A stretch of DNA of 64,000 nucleotides. Source: a virus. Under the pieces are notes generated by a model that was given only the letters and a program-made list of their open reading frames with translations, did not search any database and was not told the origin of the DNA. Below, one piece after another: positions 1 through 12,300 of the stretch; within the stretch, counting starts at the first letter, position 1, and the number at the start of each line of letters is the position of its first letter. Where the stretch lies: positions 46,539 to 110,538 of the IMG/VR virus record IMGVR_UViG_3300040801_003393; one strand, 5' to 3'. The translations under genes and the position numbers were made by a program.

Positions 1-2496
1 CCAACAGTTGAGATGGATCGATCAAAGGAAGGAATTGAAGATAGCAAGTTTGTAGAAAGACCAAAGCCAGTGCATTCGGTGGTGGCAGCTCAGATGTGGC
101 AGGCCGGAACAATTACAGATAATACTCGCGGCCCAATAACATCGTCTGCTCAAAGAGAATCACCTAGTTATACATACGGAATATCTACTCCTGGAAGACC
201 AATATTACAATCAGGATTAACTGAAGCAACTATTAAATCTGCATTAGGCAATATTTCAACAAAAGACTTAGTTGTTCAAGGTCGACGTGGTGGCCATTCG
301 TTTATAATGGATGATGGCACCCTCGAAGGCAAAGATGTATTAATGCGGTTAAGAACATCAACTGGTCATCAAATTTTGCTAAGTGATGACGGTGCAGTAA
401 TACACATAATGCACGCCAATGGTCAGACCTGGATAGAGTTAGGTAATGAAGGAACAGTTGATGTTTATGCAGCAAACTCTATCAATTTACGTTCTCAAGG
501 CGAAGTAAACATTCATGCTGACAAAAATATTAATATGCACTCTGAGCAAGATATTAGATTCTATGCTAAGCGTGATATTAAAATGGAAAGCGATAGTGAA
601 TTTAGTATTATTGGAAAGCAAAAACTAACATCATATAGTGAAAAAGCAATTGAGGTAAAGAGTGACGGAACATTAAAGACACAGTCCGCGGCAAAAACTT
701 CAATTAAAGCTGGAGAAAATATTGTTCAAGAAGGTAAAGAAATAAGATTAAATTGCGAAGCAGCGGATGTTACCAAGAAGCCGGCGCTAATAGAAAAAAA
801 TAATTTCTTTGATACCGTTTTTGAATTGCCGACTGGATGGGTAGCAAAGCCTGTTATGTTAAAAACAATAACTAGTAGAGCCCCATCCCACGAGCCATAT
901 GCATATCATAATCAGGGTGTACCTGTTAAGGTAAAACTTGAAGGACCAACACCTCCCCCACCGGCCCCGCCAAAGACCGCGGCAAAAGTTGAAGCAGCGG
1001 CAGAAAAACCAGTGGTTAATCCAGTGACCACCGCAGAAGTGGTTAAACAAGGACAGGCATTAGGCGAGGTTAAAGAAATTGCCGGCATGGGGAAACAAGA
1101 AGTAGTGTCAATGATTGCTCAGCAAGCTAAGAATGTTAGTCAGCCTCTTGATGCAATAACTGATAAAGGTATAGGAAAGTTTGGCATTAAGGCCGAGACA
1201 TTAGAGTCGCTGGGGCTAATTAAACCCGGGTTAGCAGACTTGAAACAATTATCTGCGGCACAATTACAGTCATTTTTAGATGATGCGTCGGTGTTTACTG
1301 GCAAAGATGGAATTAATTCATTACAAGATATTTTAACAAGCGAAAAGTTACAAGGCACAATTGTACAAAATGGAATGGAATTTGCATTTAACGAATTAAA
1401 AGCAACCGGCATATTAACCGGCCTCGAAAAAGTACAAGACATGGCAGGTATATTAAATGGAGCAATGAATGCTAGCCCAGGCGATTTAGTGGATTGGGTT
1501 AAAGGTAAGGCCAGTGGTGCGATCAATGAAGTATTAGATGTTGCTGCAAATGCTGGTCAGTTTGCAGCAAACTTAGCAGAAAAAGCCGGAGACTTAATTA
1601 ACAATTCACTGTCGGGTGTACAGGCTATTGCGGCGTCGGCTTCTAAGTCAATACATGATCTAGTAGGAACCGTAGAGAGAGCAAACGTAGATGCGGCTGT
1701 TGACAACCTAATAAGCAATGCCAAGATTCCTTCCTTTGCAACAGTGTCTAAGACTATACAAAGTCAAATTAAGTTAGCATCGGGAGAAGTTATAGGTGCA
1801 ATTGACGCCGCAGGCAATTTAGTAGACGCGGCTGGTAATATTGCTGTATCTGCGCAAAATATAACAAACAACCTGACAGGAACATTAGAAAATCTAACAG
1901 GGAACTTAGCAGGTAGTCTTGATAATCTAACAGGGAACTTAATTGGAAATGTCACTGGCAACTTAACCGATATAACGAATAGTTTAACTGGGAGTCTAAC
2001 AGATTTAACTGGTAATCTAGGTAATATAACAGACCTAACCAGCAGTTTGTCTGGCGGCTTAACAGGTATTACTGGCAGTTTGTCTGGCGGCTTAACAGGT
2101 ATTACTGGATCTGCTGGGAATGTATTTGGTTCCTCTGAGGTGGGCAATTTACCAGTCGATTCGTCAAAGTTGCTTGGAACGACGGTTAGCGTGTCTGACG
2201 TCTATAGTCCAGGCGGCGAGTCCATCACACAATCGGAGCCTGCGGTGGCCTGGGCCGACCGATCAGCCCCTGCAGATGGTTGCTATTGCTCTAATAGAAA
2301 ATATTCAAATAAAGCCGAATGCAATGCCAACGGTCATACCTGGATATGCAATAATGGGCAAGATAAATATTACTATGATGGACAAACCTGGTTGGCTAGT
2401 CAAGGTTATAATAATACAACATTTAGAGACCCAAGCAAAAAACCATTAACTAAACCAAAGAATAGTAAAACATTTAGTTGGGCTTCAGAATTATGA
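1..2496 (+). CDS. Baseplate central spike/hub protein (T4 gp5/VgrG-like) with long C-terminal extension; 5'-partial
   Basis: Frame is open from base 1. Gp5-type segments (GHSFIMDDG, RLRTSTGHQILLSD, WIELGNEGTVDVY) and beta-helix-like repeats; directly followed by gp25/gp6-like genes. Confidence 0.8.
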   Translation, partial: PTVEMDRSKEGIEDSKFVERPKPVHSVVAAQMWQAGTITDNTRGPITSSAQRESPSYTYGISTPGRPILQSGLTEATIKSALGNISTKDLVVQGRRGGHSFIMDDGTLEGKDVLMRLRTSTGHQILLSDDGAVIHIMHANGQTWIELGNEGTVDVYAANSINLRSQGEVNIHADKNINMHSEQDIRFYAKRDIKMESDSEFSIIGKQKLTSYSEKAIEVKSDGTLKTQSAAKTSIKAGENIVQEGKEIRLNCEAADVTKKPALIEKNNFFDTVFELPTGWVAKPVMLKTITSRAPSHEPYAYHNQGVPVKVKLEGPTPPPPAPPKTAAKVEAAAEKPVVNPVTTAEVVKQGQALGEVKEIAGMGKQEVVSMIAQQAKNVSQPLDAITDKGIGKFGIKAETLESLGLIKPGLADLKQLSAAQLQSFLDDASVFTGKDGINSLQDILTSEKLQGTIVQNGMEFAFNELKATGILTGLEKVQDMAGILNGAMNASPGDLVDWVKGKASGAINEVLDVAANAGQFAANLAEKAGDLINNSLSGVQAIAASASKSIHDLVGTVERANVDAAVDNLISNAKIPSFATVSKTIQSQIKLASGEVIGAIDAAGNLVDAAGNIAVSAQNITNNLTGTLENLTGNLAGSLDNLTGNLIGNVTGNLTDITNSLTGSLTDLTGNLGNITDLTSSLSGGLTGITGSLSGGLTGITGSAGNVFGSSEVGNLPVDSSKLLGTTVSVSDVYSPGGESITQSEPAVAWADRSAPADGCYCSNRKYSNKAECNANGHTWICNNGQDKYYYDGQTWLASQGYNNTTFRDPSKKPLTKPKNSKTFSWASEL
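2042..2107 (+). repeat. 33-bp in-frame tandem duplication inside the LTGNL/LTGSL low-complexity region
   Basis: gcagtttgtctggcggcttaacaggtattactg occurs twice in tandem (SLSGGLTGITG x2). Confidence 0.9.
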
Positions 2497-2870
2497 CAAC
2501 ATTTAAAGGATTTAATACCATTGGTCAATTTAAAAAGTTTGGGTTAACTGACTTTGATCTAATTAAGCGTGATTTATTAAATGCATTCTTAATTCGTGAG
2601 GGCGAGGTTCCAGGACGGCCCGACCTTGGATCTAAAATTTGGAACTTTGTTTTTGAACCGCTTAATAGAGAAATACGCGATCAAATTGATAACGAAGTAA
2701 GACGTATCGTCGGGTCGGACCCACGTCTAGGTATTGATCGCTTAGATATATCAACTAACCATAATACAGTCGTTGTAGAAGTAGCCGTAACTGTCCGACC
2801 GGAAATGAGTGCAGAACGACTCATTTTAGTTTTTGATCAAAATGTAGAGTCATTAAATATCTACTCATAA
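2493..2870 (+). CDS. Baseplate wedge subunit, gp25-like
   Basis: LIKRDLLNAF..REGEVPGRPDLGSKIWNFVFEP..DPRL pattern; ATG at 2493 overlaps the upstream stop (ATGA). Confidence 0.85.
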   Translation: MTTFKGFNTIGQFKKFGLTDFDLIKRDLLNAFLIREGEVPGRPDLGSKIWNFVFEPLNREIRDQIDNEVRRIVGSDPRLGIDRLDISTNHNTVVVEVAVTVRPEMSAERLILVFDQNVESLNIYS

Positions 2871-2880
2871 ACTACCCAGT

Positions 2881-2918
2881 TAATTTATCTCCATAAATAA
2901 TGCAACAGAGGTAAATTA
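2881..2918 (+). promoter_or_regulatory. Late-type TAAATA promoter inside an RBS-sequestering hairpin
   Basis: taatttatctc (2881-2891) pairs with gaggtaaatta (2908-2918, contains SD GAGG); TAAATA lies in the loop. Confidence 0.6.
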
Positions 2919-5900
2919 TGGCTACTACGTCGAGGCAGACCAGTTTATTTGGTGTAGAAGATTGGAAAAGAATTTATAAGACCTATAAAGAAGCAGATTT
3001 CCAATCGTATAATTTTGAAACATTACGCAAAACATTCATTGATTATTTGCGTCAGCACCACCCAGAAAGTTTTAACGACTATACTGAGAGCTCAGAATTT
3101 ATTGCAATCTTAGATTTGATTGCATTTATGGGACAGTCGTTAAGTTTCCGTAATGATTTAAATACCAGGGAAAACTTCTTAGATACAGCAGAACGCCGTG
3201 ATTCTGTAACTCGTTTAGCGAAACTGGTAGGCTATACACCAAAACGCAATGAAGCAGCAAATGGCTTTTTGAAAGTCGCAGCCATTTCTACGACCGAAAA
3301 TATCGTAGACTATAACAGAAACCAGCTCGCAAATTCTGTCATACGTTGGAACGACAAGACCAACGAAGATTGGCAGGAACAGTTTGCCACAGTATTAAAC
3401 GCAGTATTAGTTAATAGCCAACGCATCGGTCAACCAGGCCGGTCGGCTACTATTGTTGGTGTCAAAACCGACGAATATCAGATAAGAATGGCCGAGGGCT
3501 TTTTACCAGTAATACCATTTAGCGCCACAGTTGATGGGGTTAGAATGGACTTTGAGGTAGTTAATGCTACATCAACTGGTAAAACATATTTGTATGAACC
3601 AGCACCGCGCACAAATGGTCCGTTGAACATTTTGTATCGAGACGACAAATTAGGTTTCAGTAGCCCCGACACAGGATTTTTCTTTCATTTTAAACAAGGA
3701 CTATTGCAACGTCAAGATTTTACTTTATCGGATCGAATTGCTAATAGATCAGTTGACGTTAACATTCCTGGTACAAACAACGAGGATGTTTGGCTGTATG
3801 AAATTGGTTCCGGCAGTAATACATTATGGACAGAAGTTGAAAGCATCTATTCGTCGCAGTCCTCTCAGACTGAAATTGATGATCGTAGATTTTATTCCAT
3901 TACCAGTCGAACAGATGATCAAATTACATTAAACTTTGGAGATGGTGTATTTTCAACCATACCGATCGGCACATTTAGATGTTATGCTAGATCATCCAAT
4001 GGTTTAGAATATATTATTAACACCAGCGAAATACAGAATGTAGATATCGAAGTTCGATACATTAGTAAACTTGGGAGAGCAGAAACCGCGACCTTTACTT
4101 TAGCATTAACCAACCCTGTCAGCAACGCGAAAAATAGAGAAAATTTAACCGATATTAAACGCCGAGCTCCTGCTAGATTCTATACACAGAATCGTATGGT
4201 AAATGGTGAGGATTATAACAATTTCCCATTCACAAACTATGGTAGTATTATTAAAAGCAAAGCAATTAACCGTGCAACCATTGGCACCAGCCGTTATCTT
4301 GACTTAATTGATCCAACTGGAAAATATTCAAGCATTAATACATTTGGTGCAGACGGTATGCTTTATCAGGACTTATCTGAATCGTCCTTTACATTTACCT
4401 TCAATGATCGTAATGATATACAGTCAGTAATTGTAAATCAGGTTGAGCCATTAATTAGTAAAAGAGGAACAATTCATTTTTACTATGATCAGTTCTCCCG
4501 GGTACCATTGGATACGTTAAGTATTTTCTGGAACCAGAGCACTACGTTTACAAACGAGACGACCGGATATTTTAAAAATTCAGTAGGCACGCCATTGCCG
4601 ATTGCTTCATTTGTCAACGATAACCGAAAGTATATTGTTAGTGGCGCGTTGGTTAAATTTGTACCGCCAACTGGTTCTCACTTTAATGTCAATAATCGAA
4701 TTGAACCCGGATTACCAGTGAAAGCAACGGATAAGTTGGAAATATGGGCAAGTGTTCTTGACATATATCTCGACGGAACAAACTTCGGTGTTGGTAACTT
4801 TGATGATGGGTCCGGCCCAATTAAACTTAATAACTTCGTACCGTCGGGTGCGGTTCCAATGGAAATTATTTTGCCTTATAAGACCGATTTACCAGCTTCG
4901 TTAGAACAAGATATGTTGGTAGAAATTGAGCTATATCGTAATTTGGGACTGGGGTACGATCATATTAATAATGAATGGTACTTGATCACTCACGATAATA
5001 TTGACCTTGATGGTGAGTTTAGTATAGTCAATGCTCGTGCAACAAACAATTTAAATAACGATGCAAGTTGGCTAATTAAGTTTGAGTCAACCATTACAGG
5101 ATATGTAGTAACTTCTAGAACACTTAACTACTATTTTGCTAGTGTATTAGAAACTAGATTTTTCTTCGAGGGTAATCGTAAAATTTACGATCCCAAGACA
5201 GGAAAAATAGTTAATGATTTTATTAAAATACTAAAAACAAATGCTGCGCCAGACGATAACCGATCATTGAGTTCTGACATTGTATTAGATATAATTGATC
5301 AGAGTGTCGAGTCAGATGGATATATCAATGACTTCAACGTTGAGGTAAGTTTTACTGATAATGATAGTGACGGCTTAGCAGATGATCCAGATTTCTTTAA
5401 GAAATTTGTAAACCCCGACGTTAATATAAATGACAAAAAAGTATTCTTCCAGTCAACAGTTGACTTTGATAATCTCGAACGTTGGTTACCGGTGGCTCCA
5501 GGATCTATTAATTCAGAATACCCAACCGGCACAATTATAGGACAAGTAAAGACAGAGTATCCAGCTGGAACAGTGTTCTATGCATTTGAAGAAGATAAGT
5601 TTTATAGTTTAGATGTCAATGGAATTGCGCGAGAGGTTAACGAACGCTCGGACTATATTGCTCGGGTTGGCCGAGGGGACATACAGTTCCAGTATAGGCA
5701 CAATGCGCCAGACTCAAGACGTATAAACCCTGGGGTTTCAAACATCATCGATGTATATGTTGTAACTTCCGCATATTATGAGGCTTATAGAAGATATATT
5801 CAGGATACAACAAATAGAGTTCAACAACCGGCAGCCCCAACAACTGATCAGCTAACAGTCGAGTTTGATGGGTTACAAGATTATCGTATGATCAGTGATA

Positions 5901-6298
5901 ATATGATCTTAAATAGTGTTAAGTTTAAACCATTGTTTGGTGATAAGGCAGAACCTGCATTGCAGGCATTCATTAAAGTGGTAAAGTTACCTAACACGGT
6001 AATAAGCAACTCTGAGATAAAGAGTCAAATAATTTCGCATATGAATGACTATTTTGATATTAATATTTGGGACTTTGGCGATACGTTTTATTTCTCCGAA
6101 TTGTCAGCATACCTTCATAGCAAAATGGGTGACGCAATTGGGTCTGTTGTAATCATACCAAAAGATAGAACTCAACGATTTGGTAATTTATATGAAATAA
6201 AATCAGCACCCTATGAGATTTTTACTAATGCAGCAACAGTCAATGATGTTGAAATTATTGATGCATTAACCGCAAGCAAACTACAAATTGGTAATTAA
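2918..6298 (+). CDS. Baseplate wedge protein, gp6-like
   Basis: ENFLDTAERRDSVTRLAKLVGYTPKR, FGDGVFSTIP and QNRMVNGEDY motifs; follows the gp25-like gene. Confidence 0.85.
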   Translation: MATTSRQTSLFGVEDWKRIYKTYKEADFQSYNFETLRKTFIDYLRQHHPESFNDYTESSEFIAILDLIAFMGQSLSFRNDLNTRENFLDTAERRDSVTRLAKLVGYTPKRNEAANGFLKVAAISTTENIVDYNRNQLANSVIRWNDKTNEDWQEQFATVLNAVLVNSQRIGQPGRSATIVGVKTDEYQIRMAEGFLPVIPFSATVDGVRMDFEVVNATSTGKTYLYEPAPRTNGPLNILYRDDKLGFSSPDTGFFFHFKQGLLQRQDFTLSDRIANRSVDVNIPGTNNEDVWLYEIGSGSNTLWTEVESIYSSQSSQTEIDDRRFYSITSRTDDQITLNFGDGVFSTIPIGTFRCYARSSNGLEYIINTSEIQNVDIEVRYISKLGRAETATFTLALTNPVSNAKNRENLTDIKRRAPARFYTQNRMVNGEDYNNFPFTNYGSIIKSKAINRATIGTSRYLDLIDPTGKYSSINTFGADGMLYQDLSESSFTFTFNDRNDIQSVIVNQVEPLISKRGTIHFYYDQFSRVPLDTLSIFWNQSTTFTNETTGYFKNSVGTPLPIASFVNDNRKYIVSGALVKFVPPTGSHFNVNNRIEPGLPVKATDKLEIWASVLDIYLDGTNFGVGNFDDGSGPIKLNNFVPSGAVPMEIILPYKTDLPASLEQDMLVEIELYRNLGLGYDHINNEWYLITHDNIDLDGEFSIVNARATNNLNNDASWLIKFESTITGYVVTSRTLNYYFASVLETRFFFEGNRKIYDPKTGKIVNDFIKILKTNAAPDDNRSLSSDIVLDIIDQSVESDGYINDFNVEVSFTDNDSDGLADDPDFFKKFVNPDVNINDKKVFFQSTVDFDNLERWLPVAPGSINSEYPTGTIIGQVKTEYPAGTVFYAFEEDKFYSLDVNGIAREVNERSDYIARVGRGDIQFQYRHNAPDSRRINPGVSNIIDVYVVTSAYYEAYRRYIQDTTNRVQQPAAPTTDQLTVEFDGLQDYRMISDNMILNSVKFKPLFGDKAEPALQAFIKVVKLPNTVISNSEIKSQIISHMNDYFDINIWDFGDTFYFSELSAYLHSKMGDAIGSVVIIPKDRTQRFGNLYEIKSAPYEIFTNAATVNDVEIIDALTASKLQIGN

Positions 6299-6303
6299 CG
6301 ACT

Positions 6304-9300
6304 ATGGCAAGAATTCGAAGTGTAGATTTTCTACCAGAGATTTTTAAAACTACAACTAACAAAAAGTTTTTAGGTTCTACTCTTGATCAGTTAATACAAG
6401 AACCAAAACTAAAGGTAACACAAGGTTATATTGGCCGCAGGTCAGGCGCTGGGGTAGGGGTCAATGACACATATCTCATTGAGCCTACAGTCAGTCGGGA
6501 AAATTATCAGTTAGAGCCAGGTATTATTTTTAATGATAAGAATGGTGTTGCAGTTGATGCATTAACTTATCCTGGGTTAGTTGACGGGTTGAACGTGCGT
6601 GGAGCATTAGTTAATAACCACAATAGATTATTCGAAGCAGAGACCTATTCGTGGGACCCGCTGTTTAACTTTGATAAATTTGTAAATTATAGTCAATATT
6701 ATTGGCTACCGGAAGGTCCGTCGTCGGTTAACGTTCAAGCTGAAGAAGTATTGCTTGAAGATGAGTTCGATGTCTCTCGGAATGATGGTGATAGTTCATA
6801 CACCTTTTCCGGTAAAGCTGGTCAAAACCCAATTTTAACTTTAGTTCGTGGTGGAACGTATACATTTAATGTAGGACAAACTGGCCATCCATTCTGGATA
6901 CAAACTGAACCCGGATTGACGGGACATGTAAGTTGGGCGGAAAATATTTCTAGTAGAGAAATACTCGGGGTAGTAAACAACGGTGATGATAATGGTACTA
7001 TAACATTTAATGTTCCATTGAGCAACGGACAAGATTTCTACGACACACTACTTGACCTAGGTCCTGTCGACTTAGCAACAATGGTTAAATTTAATGAAAT
7101 TAACCGTAAGCCACTGGACGAAATCGTTTCAATTAACGAGATCGAAAACCTCGAAAATAAAACTATTGTATTTGTTAACCCAACGGTCGGCGATGCAACT
7201 ACCTTGGGTTGGGTAATCGAGGCATTACCAAATTATGCCGACTATAGTAATAGCGGAGATTTCAGCACCACAACCGTATTGACGTCGTTGTCAGAAAGAT
7301 ATCAGATTTTTAAAATTTTTATTGTATATGACAACTGGGGCGAAAACCCAATTATTAATTTGGTCCCTATTCAAACTGTAAATCAGTTTGAGAAGTTTAC
7401 TATTCAATATGGACCAGTGTATAGTAATATCGGCTTTTATAAAAATTCCTCCGGTGTATTTGAACAAATTCCGAGAATAACTGCACCACTTGACCAACTA
7501 TTCTACCAAGACGGCAACAATGAAGATATCTTTGGTGTTATTAACTTAGTTGACGCAAACGAATCAGCTACTTTGTTTATTTCAGATATCATTGGAAATG
7601 ATTCTTATACTAGCCCAAATGGCGTCGAGTTTACTAACGGTCTTAAAGTAAAATTTAGAGGCGATGTAGTTCCAGCAGAATATACCAACGAAGAGTATTA
7701 TGTAGAAGGTGTAGGCACATCTATTAAGCTATTACCGGTAAGAGATTTTATTACGCCTGAGCCATATACTAAAAATGCATCAGATCCATTTGACTCGTTG
7801 CCATACGATTCCATTGCATATGATGGTAGTTTAAACTCACCGCTTGAAGAAGATTACTTAACGATTAATAGAGCCAGTCAGGATCTGAACGCTTGGACTA
7901 GATCAAATCGTTGGTTCCATATTGATGTATTGCAAAAGTCGGCAGACTATAACAATGTAACATTGGTTGTAGATCAGACTAGTAGAGCAAAGCGACCAAT
8001 AATTGAATTCGAATCAAACTTGCAACTTTTTAACTTCGGCGCGGTTGCAAAAACACCCGTTAATGTAATAGATACAAAAGAAGTAGATGCATTAAGTAAC
8101 GTTCATGGTAGTCTGGGTTATGCAGTCGACGGATTTATTTTGTCCGAGGGCTCACGTATAATCTTTGCAGCCGATACTGACCCGAATGTAAAAAATAAAA
8201 TTTTTAATGTATCGTTTGAGGACCTGGACAATAGCGGAACAGAAACGTTAGTTTTAACGTTGGCCGAAGATGGCAACGTAGTTGAAGACGACGTAGTATT
8301 GGTTACCAGTGGATTAACGCAGCAAGGAAAAACATACCACTTTAGTAACAATCAGTGGGTATTAGCACAGCAAAAGAATAGTGTAAACCAGCCACCGTTA
8401 TTTGATATTTTTGACAACGACAATATTAGTTTCTCTGATATTTCAAAATACCAAGCATCAACATTTAAAGGAAGCAAACTTTTTAGTTATGCAATTGGTA
8501 ACGGTTCAAACGATATTGTATTAGGGTTCCCACTACAGTATCTAAACATTGGCAACCTTGGCGATATTGTTTTTGAAAATAACTTGTATATAGATACATT
8601 TTTGTATGTTGAAAATTCAGTCAGCCAGGAACTTCCAATTAGCAGTGGATTTGTTAAGCAGTTCTCATCAGCAACAGAGTACAATTGGCGCATTGGTTGG
8701 ACTAGATCTGCAGAAAGAATGTATGTCCCTCAAGTGTTTAACTTTACATATACCGGAGCACCATTACAATTAGATGTAACACCAAGAACAGATTTAGAAG
8801 TCCCGTCTATTAAAATATTTGTTAACAACTCTTTTGTTCCGTCAACAGATTATGCAGTAACGACGCATGACAGGGGAACGACGATTGCATTTAATGAAAT
8901 TGTTGCTACAGATTCAAAAGTAGAGGTGCTAATTTACTCTGACGAGGTTAGCGACATCGGTTACTATGAAGTGCCACGAAACCTGTCACAGAATATTTTT
9001 AATGAAAATACAGATAGGTTGACATTAGGAACAATTAGAAATCACTATAATAGCCTAGCACAAAATATTTTAAACCTAGTAGGAAATATCAACGGTGCTA
9101 ATAACATTAGAGACCTAGGCAATGTTTCGAGTTACGGCGATATTATAATACAGCATGCCGCACCGTTAGCATTGGCTGCTAAGTTTATTCGCACACGAGA
9201 GTACGACCTGTTTGAGGCAATTAAATTCAATGGTCGGTATTACGAAAAGTACAAGAATCAATTATTAGATTGGGTGCAAAAAAACGATATTGCAGATCTT

Positions 9301-12300
9301 TCAATTGACGAAATTTTAGAACATGCAGTAGCAAATATTACGGCTGGTAAAACCCTCGACCATGCATTTTATAATTCAGATATGTTACCAGCCGGCAATG
9401 ATTACGACGTTGTAACCCATCAAATTACAGCGATCAGTACAGATACATTCGATATCATTAATGTATATGATTTTACAAAGGCCAACTCGAAAGCCATATT
9501 AGTATATCTTAACGATACGCTGTTGGTTAAAGATCATGACTATATTGTAGCTGACGACGGCCCAAGGATAACACTATTAATCGACTCAAACATTGACGAT
9601 ATTTTGACAATAAAAGAGTACAGGGACACAGCTGGGTCAATGTTGCCTGCCACCCCAACCAAGTTGGGTTTGTATCCAAAGTATCTGCCAGAAAAGTTTG
9701 TAGACAATACATTCATTACACCAACTGAAGTTATTAGGGGTCACGACGGATCTATAACCGTTGCATTCGGTGACCTTAGAGATGACGTTTTGTTAGAATT
9801 TGAACGTCGCATATACAATAACATCAAGGTCAATGATAATATTCCGTTGTTATCTGATGATGTTATACCAGGACAGTATCGTAATACTGGTTATTCAGAT
9901 ATTGAAATAACAGAAATTCTGTCACCGTCATTCTTATCTTGGGTTGGTTGGAACCGACTTGATTATAGGGAGCAAGACTATAGAGCAAATGATAGTCGCA
10001 CCTGGAACTATAGCTCTTCGAGTAGCGTAATAGATGATTCTCTCTTAAAAGGTCATTGGCGTGGAGTATTCAAATATTTCTATGATACAGACGCTCCACA
10101 TACACGACCATGGGAAATGTTAGGTTTAACTGAAGAGCCATCCTGGTGGGAAAATCAGTACGGTCCTGCACCATATACATCAGGCAACTTAGTTCTATGG
10201 GATGATCTAGAAGCTGGTATAATCCGGGACCCAAATGGAGAGTATATTGACGAAAGATATATTCGTCCAGGACTAACAGATATAATTCCTGTCGACGGCG
10301 AAGGTAATTTACTAACGCCAATGGAAACGGTTGTTAAGACCTATTCGTCATACAACTTTAAAAAATCCTGGAGAATCGGCGATTTGGCACCAGTTGAGGC
10401 TGCCTGGAGACGTTCTTCATTATGGCCGTTCGCAGTACAACGATTGTTGGCCCTAACTAAGCCAGCACAATATTTTGCACTAATGGCTGACAGAGATCGT
10501 TACACATATAACGAGGAACTTCAGCAGTACCTATTAGATGGAAGATACCGTCTTGATTCTCGAGCAATCGAAGTATTAACATCGGATACTCCAAAACACA
10601 GTTACATTAACTGGATTATTGAATACAATAAACATTATGGTTATAACTCGGCTGACGAATTAGTTGAGAGTTTAAGTAACCTTGATGTTAACCTTTGCTA
10701 TAGAATGGGCTCATTCACTGATAAGAATAGACTGAAGATTTTTACAGATAAGAGCTCGCCAGATTCTACTAACAATAGTTTACTCCTACCAGATGAAAGC
10801 TATAACTTGTTACTGTATAGAAACCAACCATTTGACGAAATTATATATTCATCGGTTATTGTACAAAGAGTTGAAGACGGATATTCAGTATTTGGTAACT
10901 CAACAACTGACCCGTATTTTAAAATAATGCAGAGCATTCCAAATGGAAACTTTAAAACTTTCCAAATTGGTCGAACAACAAAGTCAGCAACAACTATTAG
11001 AGTTCCGCAGGACTTTAGAGATTCTGTAGTTTACATTCCATACGGATACGTCTTCTCCAATAAGCACCAGGTAGTAGATTTCTTAGTAAGTTACGGTGAA
11101 TACTTGTCTCGTGTTGGTGTCAAATTTAACAACAGTCAAGATACAGTAGATCTCGATTGGACACAAATGGCCAAGGAGTTTATATACTGGGTTGATCAGG
11201 GTTGGAGTATTGGAAGTGTTATTAACCTAAACCCAACAGCAGAATCATTGGAGTTTGAGCGAGAGTTAGCAATTGTTGATAGTTTACTTAATTTAGCAGT
11301 TAATGAGCAACCTCTCGATCAAAACAATATACCATTGGCGCCTGCTGATTATGTAATCGATCGACTTGAGAATAACTTTAAGTTGACGACACTCAATGAT
11401 CGCATTTTAAGTTACCTAAATCTCCAGTTAACCAGCTTCGAACACTTGTTAATATTAGATAACACAAGTATTTTCAATGATGTAATTTATTCGCCAGTGA
11501 CCGGAGTCAGGCAGAACCGAGTTAAACTTGTTGGCTATACAGTTAACGAGTGGAACGGTCAACTTGATGCGCAAGGATTTTTATTTAGTGACAATAAAAT
11601 TGATGAATGGGTCTACACAAAATCCTATAGTAAAGGAAGCATTGTTAAGTTTAAGAATTCATATTGGACTGCAATAAAACCAATAAACCCATCGGAGATG
11701 TTTGATTACGACGCATGGGTTAAGATCGAGCCTAGCGATATATCAACTGGATTGTTATCTAACCTAGCTACAAAGTCTGATCAAATGTTGCAATTCTATA
11801 ACAATAAAACTGCAAACCTTGAATCAGATGCAGATTTGTTGGCATTAGGTTTAACTGGTTTTAGACCTCGTGAGTATATGTCATCATTGGATCTAGACGA
11901 CATCTCGCAGGTAAACATCTATAGTGACTTAATAAAACAAAAAGGAACTTTAGACAGTTTAGGAATGTTTAAGAACATAACACTAAACGGAAACAAAACT
12001 GAATATAAGATTTTCGAAAACTGGGCAATACGTCGGGCACAATATGGTGCAACTGCGTCGCGAGCTTATTTTGAATTGCAACTAGACGAAGCGCAGCATA
12101 ACGCAAATCCAACGTCAATTGCTATAGTAAATGGCCCAACTGAAGTAACAGATGCTGACCAGAAAGTTACTCTGAATCAGATTTACAAACAAAGTGTAAA
12201 GCATACCTCAAAAGATATTTTACCTTTGTTAACTGAAAAAGTTACAGACGTAAGTCTACCATATGCTGGATTTGTTGACTTTGAAGATGTAGATTTCTAT

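Noticed and set aside
1860-2110. Periodic DNA repeats that might suggest a CRISPR array
   Set aside because: In-frame coding repeats (LTGNL/LTGSL) with no unique spacers and no cas genes.
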